Source: an uncultured Gemmatimonadaceae bacterium (GTDB lineage: Bacteria > Gemmatimonadota > Gemmatimonadetes > Gemmatimonadales > GWC2-71-9). Taken from it: a stretch of DNA of 60,607 bases. Positions 9,005-18,803 of the stretch are shown one piece after another. Location: positions 1 through 60,607 of the forward strand of contig CAZTIV010000010.1 of the NCBI GenBank assembly GCA_964613905.1, in the 5' to 3' direction. A model generated the notes under the pieces. That model ran no database searches. It was not told where the DNA came from and saw nothing but the letters and a program-made list of their open reading frames with translations. The position numbers and the translations under genes were made by a program. Every line of letters begins with the position of its first letter. Position 1 is the stretch's first letter.

Positions 9005-9160
9005 GGTGGCACGAACGGGAACGTCTCCTGGCTTCGGGCGCCCGACTCGCCTTCCCGGTTGACCCAGTGGCTGGATGAGTCGAGCTTTGTTATTGCCCGT
9101 TACAGTGGCGGGGCCGCGCCGGAATCTCACCGGCTTCCGTGCCCCCGATCCGTGATATGT
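9005..9160 (-). promoter_or_regulatory. Cobalamin (B12) riboswitch
   Basis: The minus strand reads GGGGGCACGGAAGCCGGTGAGATTCCGGCGCGGCCCCGCCACTGTAACGGGCAATAACAAAGCTCGACTCATCCAGCCACTGGGTCAACCGGGAAGGCGAGTCGGGCGCCCGAAGCCAGGAGACGTTCCCGTTCGTGCC. It contains the conserved GGAA-CCGGTGAgAtTCCGG-GC-G-CCCGCCACTGTAA core, the GCCACTGGG...GGGAAGG element and a B12-box-like AAGCCAGGAGAC. It sits directly upstream of a btuFCD-btuB-like operon. Confidence 0.8.
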
Positions 9161-9175
9161 TGACGACGGTAGAAG

Positions 9176-10357
9176 CTATGGCCTCTTCGGGCGCACCGCA
9201 AGCGCGGCTTCCAGCCGCGCCTTGAGCGCTGCACGACGCTTGCGATAGGCGTCCCCCCCGGCGCCGGCGGCGGGCGGCTGTGCCTCCGCCTGACGGTCCA
9301 GATCGGCAATCTCCGCCGCAATACGTTCCGGATCCTCCGCCGGTGCCGCCTTCCGCCGCATCCACAGGAGCACCGCCAACAGGAGAACTGCCGTGGCAAT
9401 ACCAACCACGAACCCGAGCATCTCGGCGGCAGAGCGCGCACTTCTCCCGAACCGGAACGTCACCTCTGCGCCCGACGGAACGCCACGCGCCTCATAGCGA
9501 GCGAAGACCACGTCTTCCATTACTTCCTTCTCGCGCAGCTCCAGCGGACCCGCCACGAGTGTTGCCGCCGTATCCTCGAGCAGCACATTGAACAGATCCG
9601 TCGCGGGGTTCACCGGCAGCGAAAACTCCCGCATGGCTCTCGGCAGCACATAGGTCACCACCAGCTGCTTCTCGCCCGGGGGCATGGGAGCCACCACAAT
9701 CAGCGTGTCTCCCCGGCGGAATACAGCCTGCGCGCTGACGTCGCTCTCCCCCACCTCGAACGCAACTACGCCAGGCGGCAGCAGACCCCACCACACCGGA
9801 TGAAGGGTATCTGCGGCGATGCGGGTTCTGGTACCGCGGTTCTCCAGCACCAGCAGCTCTATGGCCCGACGCCCGCCATCCGGTTCCGGTTCGCGAACGG
9901 CCACGTGTCGCTGGGCAAGGAAGATCGCCGGCCCGACTGCCGAGGTGTCGAACACCACCAGAGCCTCCGCCGTGTCTGCGCGACCTCCCGGATGGATCGG
10001 TCGTGAGAAGTAGGAGATCTCGTGATGACCGACACTTACCAGATAGATCGCGGTAGTGTCGGTAACCGGGATGCCCACTCGGTAACGACCGCCGGGATCG
10101 GTACGCACGGAATCAACCGGCGCGCCGCCACGGGGAGACACCTCGTGGAGCACAACCCAGGCGCCGCCAAGCGGCACGGAATCGGGCGCGCCACCAAGCA
10201 GCACGCGACCGGACACGGTGAACCCCTGCCCCGCGGCGGCCTGGGTGGACGCCGCCAGTGCAATAACCAGGGCAGCCGCGCTACGGCGTAAACTTGCCGA
10301 AGTCTTCCGGATCCAGGTTTTCGAGATAGGTCTTGAGGGATTCGGGATCGAGACCAC
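9176..10357 (-). CDS. Hypothetical exported protein with an N-terminal carboxypeptidase-regulatory-like beta-sandwich and a C-terminal TM anchor
   Basis: ORF 9176..10474. A signal-like stretch LRRSAAALVIALAASTQAAAGQG is followed by FTVSGRVLLGG...DPGGRYRVGIP, a CarboxypepD_reg-like pattern. One TM helix (MLGFVVGIATAVLLLAVLLWM) and a charged tail close the protein. The start is uncertain: GTG 10357 is used here, and ATG 10411 is possible. Confidence 0.55.
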   Translation of the reverse strand: MVSIPNPSRPISKTWIRKTSASLRRSAAALVIALAASTQAAAGQGFTVSGRVLLGGAPDSVPLGGAWVVLHEVSPRGGAPVDSVRTDPGGRYRVGIPVTDTTAIYLVSVGHHEISYFSRPIHPGGRADTAEALVVFDTSAVGPAIFLAQRHVAVREPEPDGGRRAIELLVLENRGTRTRIAADTLHPVWWGLLPPGVVAFEVGESDVSAQAVFRRGDTLIVVAPMPPGEKQLVVTYVLPRAMREFSLPVNPATDLFNVLLEDTAATLVAGPLELREKEVMEDVVFARYEARGVPSGAEVTFRFGRSARSAAEMLGFVVGIATAVLLLAVLLWMRRKAAPAEDPERIAAEIADLDRQAEAQPPAAGAGGDAYRKRRAALKARLEAALAVRPKRP

Positions 10358-10775
10358 CCGGTGCGTCTCCCTGATCCACTGTATCGATGGTGGTAAGTTC
10401 GAGGAGATCATCCTGGGTGAATATGGGCGCCTTGAGCCTGAGCGCGATTGCGATGCTGTCGGAGGGGCGTGCATCTATCTGGATGACGTGATCTTCGCGA
10501 TGGATGTGCAGTTCCGCGAAGTAGGTGTTCTCCTTGACCTGTGTAATGATCACCCGCCGGAGATCAGCGCCGAGCCCCACGATCACCTGCTTGAGCAGAT
10601 CGTGAGTGAGCGGGCGGGTGAACTTGACGCCCGCCAGCTCCATGGCGATGGCGCTGGCTTCGGCCGGCCCGATCCATATGGGCAGGACGCGTTCGCCTTC
10701 ACGCTCCTGGAGAATCACCACCGGTGTATTGGTGGTGCGATCCAGGCCAAGCTGGGCAACCCGAACCTCGATCAT
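10281..10775 (-). CDS. Bifunctional nuclease (BFN / DUF151) family protein
   Basis: ORF 10281..10775. VVILQEREGERVLPIWIGPAEASAIAMELAGVKFTRPLTHDLL...IDARPSDSIAIALR matches the BFN domain pattern. Confidence 0.75.
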   Translation of the reverse strand: MIEVRVAQLGLDRTTNTPVVILQEREGERVLPIWIGPAEASAIAMELAGVKFTRPLTHDLLKQVIVGLGADLRRVIITQVKENTYFAELHIHREDHVIQIDARPSDSIAIALRLKAPIFTQDDLLELTTIDTVDQGDAPGGLDPESLKTYLENLDPEDFGKFTP

Positions 10776-10805
10776 GCGCGCTCCTCGCGCCCAGCGGCTG
10801 ACCGC

Positions 10806-12281
10806 CTAGTAGCGGTAGTGATCGGACTTGTAAGGCCCGGAGGCCGGCATGCCGATGTATTCCGCCTGCTCGTCCGTGAGCCGAGTGAGCTTCACGCCCA
10901 GATGGTCGAGATGCAGGCGGGCCACCTCCTCGTCCAGGGTCTTGGGCAGCATGTACACCTTGCGCTCGTACTTCGCGTGGTTGGCATGCAGTTCGAGCTG
11001 GGCCAGGACCTGGTTCGTGAACGACGCCGACATCACGAAGCTCGGATGCCCGGTGGCGCAACCCAGGTTCAGCAGCCTGCCCTCCGCCAGGATCAATACG
11101 CTGTGGCCGTCTGGAAAGATCCACTCGTCGTACTGCGGCTTGATGGTTACGCGCTGCACTCCGGAAAGCCGCTTGAGTCCAGCCATGTCGATCTCGTTGT
11201 CGAAATGGCCGATGTTGCCCACGATGGCCTTGTCCTTCATCCGGGCCATGTGGTCCGCCGTGACGACGTTCAGGTTGCCCGTGGCGGTGATGAAGATGTC
11301 TGCCGTGGACACTACCTCTTCCAGCGTGGCCACCTGATAACCTTCCATGGCGGCCTGAAGCGCGCAGATGGGGTCGATTTCAGTGACTACAACCCGGCAG
11401 CCCTGGCCGCGCAGCGCCTGCGCGCATCCCTTCCCCACCTCACCGTAACCGCACACCACGGCCACCTTGCCGCCGAGCATCACGTCGGTGGCGCGGTTGA
11501 GACCGTCTATCAGGGAATGCCGGCATCCATAGATGTTGTCGAACTTGCTCTTGGTCACCGAGTCATTGACGTTGATGGCGGGAAAGAGCAGCGTGCCGGT
11601 CTCCGCCATCTTGTAGAGACGGTGAACACCAGTTGTGGTCTCCTCACTGACACCCCGGATCTCCTTCGCCACCTTCGTCCAGCGTCCGGGGTTCTTCGCA
11701 AGGTTCGTCCGCAACTGGTCCAGAATTACACCCCATTCCTCCGGTTCCGATTCCGGATTGAACGCGGGCACTTTCCCCGTGGCTTCGAATTCCACGCCCT
11801 TGTGGATCAGCAGCGTGGCGTCGCCACCGTCATCCACGATCAATGTGGGCCCCCGACCGTCCGGCCAGATGAGCGCCCGCTCTGCGAGCCGCCAGTACTC
11901 CTCCAGCGTCTCACCCTTCCAGGCAAAGACGGGGATCCCCCTGGGACTCTCAGGCGTGCCGTCCGGTCCCACCACCACCGCGGCGGCGGCGTGATCCTGC
12001 GTCGAGAATATGTTGCAGCTGGCCCAGCGCACATCTGCACCGAGCTCGGCCAGAGTCTCTATCAGCACCGCCGTCTGGACGGTCATGTGCAGGCTGCCGG
12101 TGATCCGCGCACCCGCGAGCGGCTTCGCCGCCGCATGCTTGCGACGTACCGCCATCAGACCGGGCATCTCATGCTCAGCCAGCCGGATCTCGGCCCGGCC
12201 GGCCTCCGCCAGGCTCAGGTCCCGTACCTCATATTCGAGTCCGCGCGCCACTTCGGGCGCCCGTGTCTTGACCGCTGTCAT
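10806..12281 (-). CDS. ahcY: Adenosylhomocysteinase
   Basis: ORF 10806..12281, 491 aa. [37 protein letters not shown] and [17 protein letters not shown] (NAD site) are classic SAH hydrolase motifs. Confidence 0.95.
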   Translation of the reverse strand: MTAVKTRAPEVARGLEYEVRDLSLAEAGRAEIRLAEHEMPGLMAVRRKHAAAKPLAGARITGSLHMTVQTAVLIETLAELGADVRWASCNIFSTQDHAAAAVVVGPDGTPESPRGIPVFAWKGETLEEYWRLAERALIWPDGRGPTLIVDDGGDATLLIHKGVEFEATGKVPAFNPESEPEEWGVILDQLRTNLAKNPGRWTKVAKEIRGVSEETTTGVHRLYKMAETGTLLFPAINVNDSVTKSKFDNIYGCRHSLIDGLNRATDVMLGGKVAVVCGYGEVGKGCAQALRGQGCRVVVTEIDPICALQAAMEGYQVATLEEVVSTADIFITATGNLNVVTADHMARMKDKAIVGNIGHFDNEIDMAGLKRLSGVQRVTIKPQYDEWIFPDGHSVLILAEGRLLNLGCATGHPSFVMSASFTNQVLAQLELHANHAKYERKVYMLPKTLDEEVARLHLDHLGVKLTRLTDEQAEYIGMPASGPYKSDHYRY

Positions 12282-12293
12282 CAGTGTCTCTTT

Positions 12294-13517
12294 CTATACC
12301 GGTTTCAGTTCGTGTAAGTCCGCAGCTTCCCGACCAGCATGCCGGACGACGTCCTTGAGCGCTTCCACGCGAGACGTTTCCTCCCACGAGAAGCGCCGTA
12401 CTTCCCTGTTATTGATCATAACAACATCCGGAGTCCGGCCGAAGTGCCCGTAGGCGGCCGTTGCCCGGTACATCGGCGCTCTGAGCGCTAACGCCTCCAT
12501 GATCCCCGCCGGAGTGAGGTTGAACACCTCGCGCACCGCTCCCTCGATCACGTCATCCGGAGCACGACCTGTGCCGAAGGTGTCAACCATCACCGATACC
12601 GGCTCGGCCACGCCGATGGCATAAGCAACCTGCACCTCGCAGCGTTGTGCCAGACCGGCGGCCACGATGTTCTTGGCTACCCAGCGCGCGGCGTACGTCG
12701 CGGAACGGTCTACCTTGGAAGGATCCTTGCCGCTGAAGGCTCCGCCGCCGTGCCGCGCCATACCACCATACGTGTCAACGATGATCTTCCGCCCGGTGAG
12801 ACCGGCGTCACCCTGAGGCCCGCCCACCACAAACCGCCCCGTGGGATTGATGTAGATCGCAGGGTTGCTGTGTTCCAGACGCGATTCCTGCAGCACCGGC
12901 CTGATTACGTGCTCGCGTACCGCTTCCTGAATGTCAGGCTGGGACACCTCACCTGCGTGCTGCGTGGAGACAACCACCGCCCGCACCGCCACGGGACGCC
13001 CATCCTGGTACTCAACGCTGACCTGGCTCTTGCCGTCCGGCCGGAGCCATGGGAGCACACCTGACTTGCGCATATCCGCCAGTCTGCGCGTGAGATGATG
13101 CGCCAGAATGATTGGCGTGGGCATCAACTCCGGAGTCTCGTCCGTCGCGTACCCGAACATCATGCCCTGGTCGCCCGCACCGCCGGTATCGACCCCCTGG
13201 GCGATGTCCGGCGACTGCCGGTCTATGGAAGTGAGAACCGCACAGGTCTTGGCGTCGAACCCGAATGCAGCATCCGTATATCCGATGTCCGTGACGACTT
13301 CCCGTACGACATCGGGCACGTGGACGTAGGTGCGCGTGCTGATCTCACCGGCGAGCACGACCATGCCCGTTGTTACCAGGGTTTCGCAGGCGACCCGCGC
13401 AGCAGGATCGTCAGCCAGAATGGCATCGAGTACTGCGTCGGATATCTGATCGGCGATCTTGTCGGGATGACCTTCCGTCACCGACTCGGAAGAGAAGATG
13501 TGGCGATGTGTAGGCAT
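12294..13517 (-). CDS. metK: S-adenosylmethionine synthase
   Basis: ORF 12294..13520. [32 protein letters not shown] and [16 protein letters not shown] are present. ATG at 13517 shares one base with the ptsI stop. Confidence 0.95.
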   Translation of the reverse strand: MPTHRHIFSSESVTEGHPDKIADQISDAVLDAILADDPAARVACETLVTTGMVVLAGEISTRTYVHVPDVVREVVTDIGYTDAAFGFDAKTCAVLTSIDRQSPDIAQGVDTGGAGDQGMMFGYATDETPELMPTPIILAHHLTRRLADMRKSGVLPWLRPDGKSQVSVEYQDGRPVAVRAVVVSTQHAGEVSQPDIQEAVREHVIRPVLQESRLEHSNPAIYINPTGRFVVGGPQGDAGLTGRKIIVDTYGGMARHGGGAFSGKDPSKVDRSATYAARWVAKNIVAAGLAQRCEVQVAYAIGVAEPVSVMVDTFGTGRAPDDVIEGAVREVFNLTPAGIMEALALRAPMYRATAAYGHFGRTPDVVMINNREVRRFSWEETSRVEALKDVVRHAGREAADLHELKPV

Positions 13518-15316
13518 CAATGGAAGCTAGTGTCACCCTTGACGCCCGGCAACCGCCCTGATCTGAGCAGCCGGAGGTCCACATACTGCGCCAAACCCTT
13601 CTCGAGAACGCGGATTGCGCGGTCGGCGCCGGGTTGTGCCAGCGCCTCTTCCGCAGCGCGTGCCGCCCCGGCTCGGTCGAACTGGCGGATCAGCCACCGC
13701 GTAAGCGGAAGGGCGGACGCCGATACACTCAGCTCCCTGAACCCGAGGCCCACCAGCAGGAATGCCCCAAGCGGTTCCGATGCCATTTCACCACATACGC
13801 TTACCGGCTTGGTGGCTGCTTCACCCGCATCGCGTACGGCCTTGATCATCCTCAGAACGGCCGGATGGAACGGAGTAAAGCGATCGGCCAGACGGGCGTT
13901 GCCGCGGTCAACTGCCAGGGTGTATTGCGTGAGATCGTTCGTTCCAATGCTCAGGAAATCGCTCACGTCCGCCAGATGGTCCACGATGCCGGCCGCTGCG
14001 GGAGTCTCCACCATTACTCCGATAGGCAGACTGTCGGCGGTCGGCACTCCCGTACTTCTCAGCGCGGACATCTCCTGAAGCATCAGGTCACGTGTGCGCT
14101 CCACTTCCCCACGCTCGATTACGAGCGGAAGCATCAGCCGGATATCTCCCTGCAGACGCGCACGCAGCATCGCTCTGAGCTGGGTCCGGAACACGGCGGG
14201 CTGATCCAGACATACCCTGATCGCCCGCCATCCCAGGAAAGGATTGGGCTCCGGACCGATCCGGAATGCGGCCGGGAACTTGTCGCCTCCCACGTCGTAG
14301 CTGCGTACCACTATGGGATGATCGGGGAAACATCGTGCAACCCGGCTGAAATAAGCGGTCTGCTCCGCTTCATCGGGGAGATCGGCCCGACCAACTATCA
14401 GGAACTCGGTGCGCAACAATCCAATGCCTTCGGCTCCGTGGCGGGAGACCTCCTCCAATTCCTCCGGCAGATCGAGGTTGCCCCTGAGAGTCACCCCAAA
14501 ACCGTCTTTCGTTGCCGGCCGGCCAACCATGCGCTCCAGGTCCCGTACCACATCGAGCCGGCGGGACTCCTCGGCCAGCGCAGCGGCAATCTCTTCCGGA
14601 GCCGGAGCCAGGGTCACCGTACCGTGTGTCCCGTCAAGAATCACCTCAGTACCGGTTACCACGCCCCTCAGGCCTCCAACCAACCCCATCACGCACGGGA
14701 TCCTGAGACTCCGGGCGAGGATTGCCGCGTGCGACGTGCGGGTTCCCTCTTCGCTCGCAAAACCCACCACCACGTCGCGTCCGAACTCCAGAGTAAGACC
14801 CGGAGCGAGTTCCCTGGTGAATACGACCACCGGACGATCGACGGACCCGCTCAGGATCTCCAGGTCACCCTCTCCAAGCAGCTCGTGCAGGACTCTCAGT
14901 TGAATACCGGAAAGGTCGGCCACCCGTTCACGCAGGCGGCTGTTGGCCGAATTTGCCCAGAGAGCGCGGACCTCGAGGGCTTTGAACTCGAACGCGCGTT
15001 CGGCCGCCAGCTGGTTGTCCCGGATCAGTCGCTCGACGCTCTCCAGGAAATCACTGTCCTCGAGCATGAGGATCTGTGCATCGAGAATCCCGGCCTCCTC
15101 AGGCCCCGCCCTCTCTTGCGCTCGTTCTCTCAGTTTTTCGAGACTGCCACGCACCGTTTCCACGGCCGCGTAGAGTCGTCGCACCTCGTCATCCACAGAT
15201 TCCGGAGCGACCACGCGATCGGGCACATCGGGAAGCTCGCGATGAATTACCAGGGCCGGTCCGATAACCGTCCCCGGCGAAACACCGATGCCGTGGAGTA
15301 CCCGTGACATGCTCAC
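13517..15316 (-). CDS. ptsI: Phosphoenolpyruvate-protein phosphotransferase (PTS Enzyme I)
   Basis: ORF 13517..15316, 599 aa. The active-site region [19 protein letters not shown] and a PEP-utilising C-terminal domain ([15 protein letters not shown]) are present. Confidence 0.9.
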   Translation of the reverse strand: MSMSRVLHGIGVSPGTVIGPALVIHRELPDVPDRVVAPESVDDEVRRLYAAVETVRGSLEKLRERAQERAGPEEAGILDAQILMLEDSDFLESVERLIRDNQLAAERAFEFKALEVRALWANSANSRLRERVADLSGIQLRVLHELLGEGDLEILSGSVDRPVVVFTRELAPGLTLEFGRDVVVGFASEEGTRTSHAAILARSLRIPCVMGLVGGLRGVVTGTEVILDGTHGTVTLAPAPEEIAAALAEESRRLDVVRDLERMVGRPATKDGFGVTLRGNLDLPEELEEVSRHGAEGIGLLRTEFLIVGRADLPDEAEQTAYFSRVARCFPDHPIVVRSYDVGGDKFPAAFRIGPEPNPFLGWRAIRVCLDQPAVFRTQLRAMLRARLQGDIRLMLPLVIERGEVERTRDLMLQEMSALRSTGVPTADSLPIGVMVETPAAAGIVDHLADVSDFLSIGTNDLTQYTLAVDRGNARLADRFTPFHPAVLRMIKAVRDAGEAATKPVSVCGEMASEPLGAFLLVGLGFRELSVSASALPLTRWLIRQFDRAGAARAAEEALAQPGADRAIRVLEKGLAQYVDLRLLRSGRLPGVKGDTSFH

Positions 15317-15594
15317 TGTTCGTTGAACCCGTTGGATACCAGATCAACGAGGGCCGCTACCGCCCCCTCGGCGTCCTCGCCGTCCGCCCGGATGACCAGC
15401 TCGGTTCCGCATTCCGCGGCCAGAGTCATGACTCCCATGATGCTCTTTCCATTCACCGACTGGTCATCTCTGGTCAGGGTGATCTCGGCACGAAACCGAC
15501 TTGCGACCTTCACGAACTCGGCCGCCGGACGCGCATGCAGTCCGAGCGGATTCACGATCCTGGCCTTGTGCTCCACCACCATCACAGGATCCAT
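15313..15594 (-). CDS. ptsH: Phosphocarrier protein HPr
   Basis: This is the C-terminal 93 codons of ORF 15313..16293, from the ATG at 15594. It has NPLGLHARPAAEF (His15 site) and VNGKSIMGVMTL (Ser46 site). Confidence 0.9.
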   Translation of the reverse strand: MDPVMVVEHKARIVNPLGLHARPAAEFVKVASRFRAEITLTRDDQSVNGKSIMGVMTLAAECGTELVIRADGEDAEGAVAALVDLVSNGFNEQ

Positions 15595-16319
15595 CCCGCG
15601 ATTCCCGTAACTGCTGCGGCCACGATACCAAGCCGTGCCGCGCCGAGCTGAGGCAGCAGCCAGCGCAATGAGATGAACCCGGCCAGGAACGCCACGGCCA
15701 CTCCGACCCGCGTGGCATGGCTGAGCGGCTCCACAAGCCAGGCACCCACCACCGGCAGCGCGAATCCCAGAAGCGCGGCTGCCGCCGGACCGACAATCCG
15801 AAGCCCCGCTTTCAGCCAGGGCGCCCCCAACGACTGTGCTACCCCTACCCCCAGCCTGAGGCCTGCGAACAACCCGTACACTCGCATCGGGATGTGGACG
15901 ATGTTGTACAGCAGAAGCAGCGCCACAGCACCTGCGCCCACGGGGGCGGTTGCCGCAAGTGCGAGGCCCGCACCCACGGCGGCAGGCAGGGCGCCGGCCC
16001 ATACGAGTCGGTCGCCGATGGACCCGAGCGGCGCCGGAAGCGTGGTACGCAACCGCTCGATCACCTCTGTTGCCTGCCCATCCAGTTCGGAGCGGACGAT
16101 GGCACCTGCTGCAAAACCCGCGAAATCGGGATGAGCGTTGAAGTAGCCGGCGGCGCGGCCCATTGCCTCGCGGTACAGGGCTGAGTCCCGGCCTCCAGCC
16201 AGATGCCGCAACATCGGCTCTACGACATGGCCCATGCCCATCCCCAGCATGCGTTCGTAATTCCACGAACCCTGTACGAAGAACAGGCGCCATGCCGCTC
16301 GAGCCATGCCGCGAATCAT
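15582..16319 (-). CDS. PTS mannose/fructose/sorbose-family EIID component
   Basis: ORF 15582..16955 trimmed to the ATG at 16319 (ATGA overlap with the EIIC stop). FFVQGSWNYERMLGMGMGHVVEPMLRHL ... YFNAHPDFAGFAAGA is the EIID pattern (245 aa). Confidence 0.8.
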   Translation of the reverse strand: MIRGMARAAWRLFFVQGSWNYERMLGMGMGHVVEPMLRHLAGGRDSALYREAMGRAAGYFNAHPDFAGFAAGAIVRSELDGQATEVIERLRTTLPAPLGSIGDRLVWAGALPAAVGAGLALAATAPVGAGAVALLLLYNIVHIPMRVYGLFAGLRLGVGVAQSLGAPWLKAGLRIVGPAAAALLGFALPVVGAWLVEPLSHATRVGVAVAFLAGFISLRWLLPQLGAARLGIVAAAVTGIAGWIL

Positions 16320-16987
16320 CGCAGTATCACCCAGAGTGTGCCGCCTGTAAGTCCGCCCGCCAGCCACGCAAGTCCGCGTGGCGGAACGCTCGCCCTGACT
16401 GCGGCGGAAGCGGCGGATGCCAAGGCAATTCCGACAATCACGGCGGTTATCCCCACGGCTCCCCGCAAGGTCACCGGCGGCCACCACCGTATCAGCGTGG
16501 CGAGTACAAGCCCGCCCCCGGTTACGAGGAGAGATCGCAGGGCATCCCGCGCCACTCCCGTCCGGTGCACCCTGCTCACGATACCCGGCGTTCCCGCATC
16601 CAGAGCCGTCGCGTAACGCCGGGCGGATTCCGTGTTCAATCGCCGGAGTACCGTCATGCTTTGCTCGCCGGCGTGGGCCACTACCAGGCCGACCGCAACT
16701 CCGAGACCCAGACCCAGGACATCCGGCGCACCGGCCGTCACCCACGCCGCTGCGACCGCGCCCGGGCCATAGTCCGGGTACCGCGCCGCACCGACGGGAA
16801 GCACTTCGAGAGCGAAAAGTTCCAGAATGGCGCCGACTGCGGCGCCGCTTACCGGATCGCCGAGCAACGTTCCCGCAACGGTACCCGCCACCAGAGGTCG
16901 CGCCACCATGAACTGTGGACCAGTGACCAGATCCACGCCCACGACGGTCCCCCACAGGAGCAGCGTGACGGCCTGTAGCGGCTCCAC
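16316..16987 (-). CDS. PTS mannose-family EIIC component
   Basis: ORF 16316..16987, 223 aa. This polytopic membrane protein has an N-terminus (LLLWGTVVGVDLVTGPQFMVARPLVAGTVAGTLLGD) that fits the EIIC-Man family. It is flanked by EIIB and EIID. Confidence 0.8.
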   Translation of the reverse strand: MEPLQAVTLLLWGTVVGVDLVTGPQFMVARPLVAGTVAGTLLGDPVSGAAVGAILELFALEVLPVGAARYPDYGPGAVAAAWVTAGAPDVLGLGLGVAVGLVVAHAGEQSMTVLRRLNTESARRYATALDAGTPGIVSRVHRTGVARDALRSLLVTGGGLVLATLIRWWPPVTLRGAVGITAVIVGIALASAASAAVRASVPPRGLAWLAGGLTGGTLWVILR

Positions 16988-17460
16988 TAGAGCAACGCCT
17001 CGAGCGGAACGGGCCGTGCTCCCGGTACGTCCCTGGCCGTCACGTCGATGTTGCGTCGCGCGAGAGAACGCAGATCTTCAGCCTCCTGCTCACTCAGGAA
17101 CACGTAGGGCAACCGCTCCGTTCGTCCCTCACGTGCGTGGACGCCCCCCAGATTTACCCGGTCTATTTCAGGCGCAATCTCGCAGAGGCGTACGAGCGTA
17201 TCGATGTTGCCCACCAGCACGATCGTACGTTCGGGCGACTTGTCCCATTCCCCCATGAGACCGGCTGCTTCCGACACCGAATGGAACAGCACCTCCATTC
17301 CGGCCGGGACGCCCACGCGGTACAGGTCCATCTCCCAGTCGCTCTGGCTGATGGCGTCGTCCACAAGGACGATTCGCTGTACCTTCATTGCCCTGCCCCA
17401 ACCCACCACCACCTGCCCATGGATGAGGCGATCGTCCACGCGCACCAGCGACAACGTCAC
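16987..17460 (-). CDS. PTS mannose-family EIIB component
   Basis: ORF 16987..17718 trimmed to the GTG at 17460 (GTGA overlap with the EIIA stop). LVRVDDRLIHGQVVVGW carries the phospho-His motif of EIIB-Man (about 157 aa). Confidence 0.8.
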   Translation of the reverse strand: MTLSLVRVDDRLIHGQVVVGWGRAMKVQRIVLVDDAISQSDWEMDLYRVGVPAGMEVLFHSVSEAAGLMGEWDKSPERTIVLVGNIDTLVRLCEIAPEIDRVNLGGVHAREGRTERLPYVFLSEQEAEDLRSLARRNIDVTARDVPGARPVPLEALL

Positions 17461-17837
17461 GGTTCCCACAGGCGCACCGACCGCGCGCCCGTCTCCACCG
17501 CGCGCGTCGCCGCTTCTCCTGCGCTCGTTTCCCGGTGATATACGAAGTCGAGCAGCATCGCGAGATTGACGCCCGCCACGAGCGCCACGTCCGGTCGGTT
17601 CCGGAGAAACGACACCGCAGCCTGCAGGCAGCTGCCGCTCGGGAGATCCACGAATACGACCGCCGCGCCGGTCCCCGTTGCCTCCGACAGACGCCGCTCC
17701 AGCGTCCCGCGGTCGCATCCCTCGTTACTCACGGCCACCAGAGCATCCCGCTCGCCGGTTATCCGGACCACGGCCTCCGTCAGGGCTTCCGCCACGGCGC
17801 CGTGAGAAATCACGACACCTCGCAGCGGTTCACTCAT
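17457..17837 (-). CDS. PTS mannose-family EIIA component
   Basis: ORF 17457..17837. GVVISHGAVAEAL (His10-type site), VFVDLPSGSC and VAGVNLAMLL fit EIIA-Man. Confidence 0.8.
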   Translation of the reverse strand: MSEPLRGVVISHGAVAEALTEAVVRITGERDALVAVSNEGCDRGTLERRLSEATGTGAAVVFVDLPSGSCLQAAVSFLRNRPDVALVAGVNLAMLLDFVYHRETSAGEAATRAVETGARSVRLWEP

Positions 17838-18801
17838 AGTCCTCCGACAGATACTCTTTCAACTCGCGGTGCTCAGCCATGCGTGTGAGCAGCCGTTCAT
17901 TGAATGCCTTGGCCGGATCCACTCCGCTGTAGCGCAGCAGGTGATTCATGGCCACTACCTCGGAGATGACCGTAACGTTCTTGCCCGGGTTGAGCGGCAC
18001 AGTGACGAGCGGCAGTTCGACTTCAAGGATCTTCGTGGTTCGACCGTCCAGGCCCGTTCTGTCCACGTCCTTTGCCTTGTCCCATTCGACCAGCTCCACT
18101 ACGACCTCGATGCGTTTCTGCTGTCGCACGGCCCGAACCCCGAACAGCGCCGATACGTCCACCAGACCGACCCCGCGGATCTCCATGTAACGGTGGGCGA
18201 GCTCGTGCGCCTTCCCTATGAGCACATCCGTGCCCCGCCGGCTCACGTTCACTACGTCATCGGCCACCAGACGGTGGCCGCGCTCCACCAGGTCGAGAAC
18301 GCACTCGCTCTTGCCTATCCCCGAACGACCGGTGAACAGCAGGCCCACGCCGTACACGTCGGCCAACGATCCATGCACGGTTGCGGTAGGTGCGAAGATC
18401 TCCTGGAGGAAGGGAATGATGCGGCGATAGAACTCCGCCGTTGAAAGAGCGGACCTGATGACCGGAATCCCGCGCTCCCGGCCCGTCACCAGCAGATCGT
18501 CCGGAACGTCAAGCGACTTCGTGACGAAGACGCACGGCAGATCATAGCTCAGGAACGTTTCGAGCGAACGTTGGCGCGAAGCTTCATCGAGCGACCGGAG
18601 GTACGCTATCTCGGTCTCTCCGAGCGCATGCAGCCGCCGGCTGGCAAACCGTTCGGTGAAGCCGGCCAGCACCAGCCCCGGACTCGACACCTCCGGTACT
18701 GCAATCTGGCGGTCGAGTCCCACATCGCCGGTGAGCACCTCCAGCCTGAGTGAGGCGCTCTTCTGAGCTATCAGATCACCAACTGTAAGCGACGGCGACA
18801 T
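17830..18801 (-). CDS. hprK: HPr kinase/phosphorylase
   Basis: ORF 17830..18801. It has the P-loop GRSGIGKSECVLDLVERGHRLVADDVV and the HprK signature region EIRGVGLVDV. Confidence 0.9.
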   Translation of the reverse strand: MSPSLTVGDLIAQKSASLRLEVLTGDVGLDRQIAVPEVSSPGLVLAGFTERFASRRLHALGETEIAYLRSLDEASRQRSLETFLSYDLPCVFVTKSLDVPDDLLVTGRERGIPVIRSALSTAEFYRRIIPFLQEIFAPTATVHGSLADVYGVGLLFTGRSGIGKSECVLDLVERGHRLVADDVVNVSRRGTDVLIGKAHELAHRYMEIRGVGLVDVSALFGVRAVRQQKRIEVVVELVEWDKAKDVDRTGLDGRTTKILEVELPLVTVPLNPGKNVTVISEVVAMNHLLRYSGVDPAKAFNERLLTRMAEHRELKEYLSEDYE

Positions 18802-18803
18802 CG

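Noticed and set aside
10218-12317. A very long plus-strand ORF (699 aa). Similar long antisense ORFs occur at 13634-15307, 25101-26501, 42665-44179 and 49489-51414.
   Set aside because: They lie antisense to textbook genes (ahcY, ptsI, argS/pfkB, the hybrid kinase, the PPC lipoprotein). They are Arg/Gly/His/Pro-rich and carry no recognisable motifs. Stop-poor antisense frames are expected in high-GC DNA.
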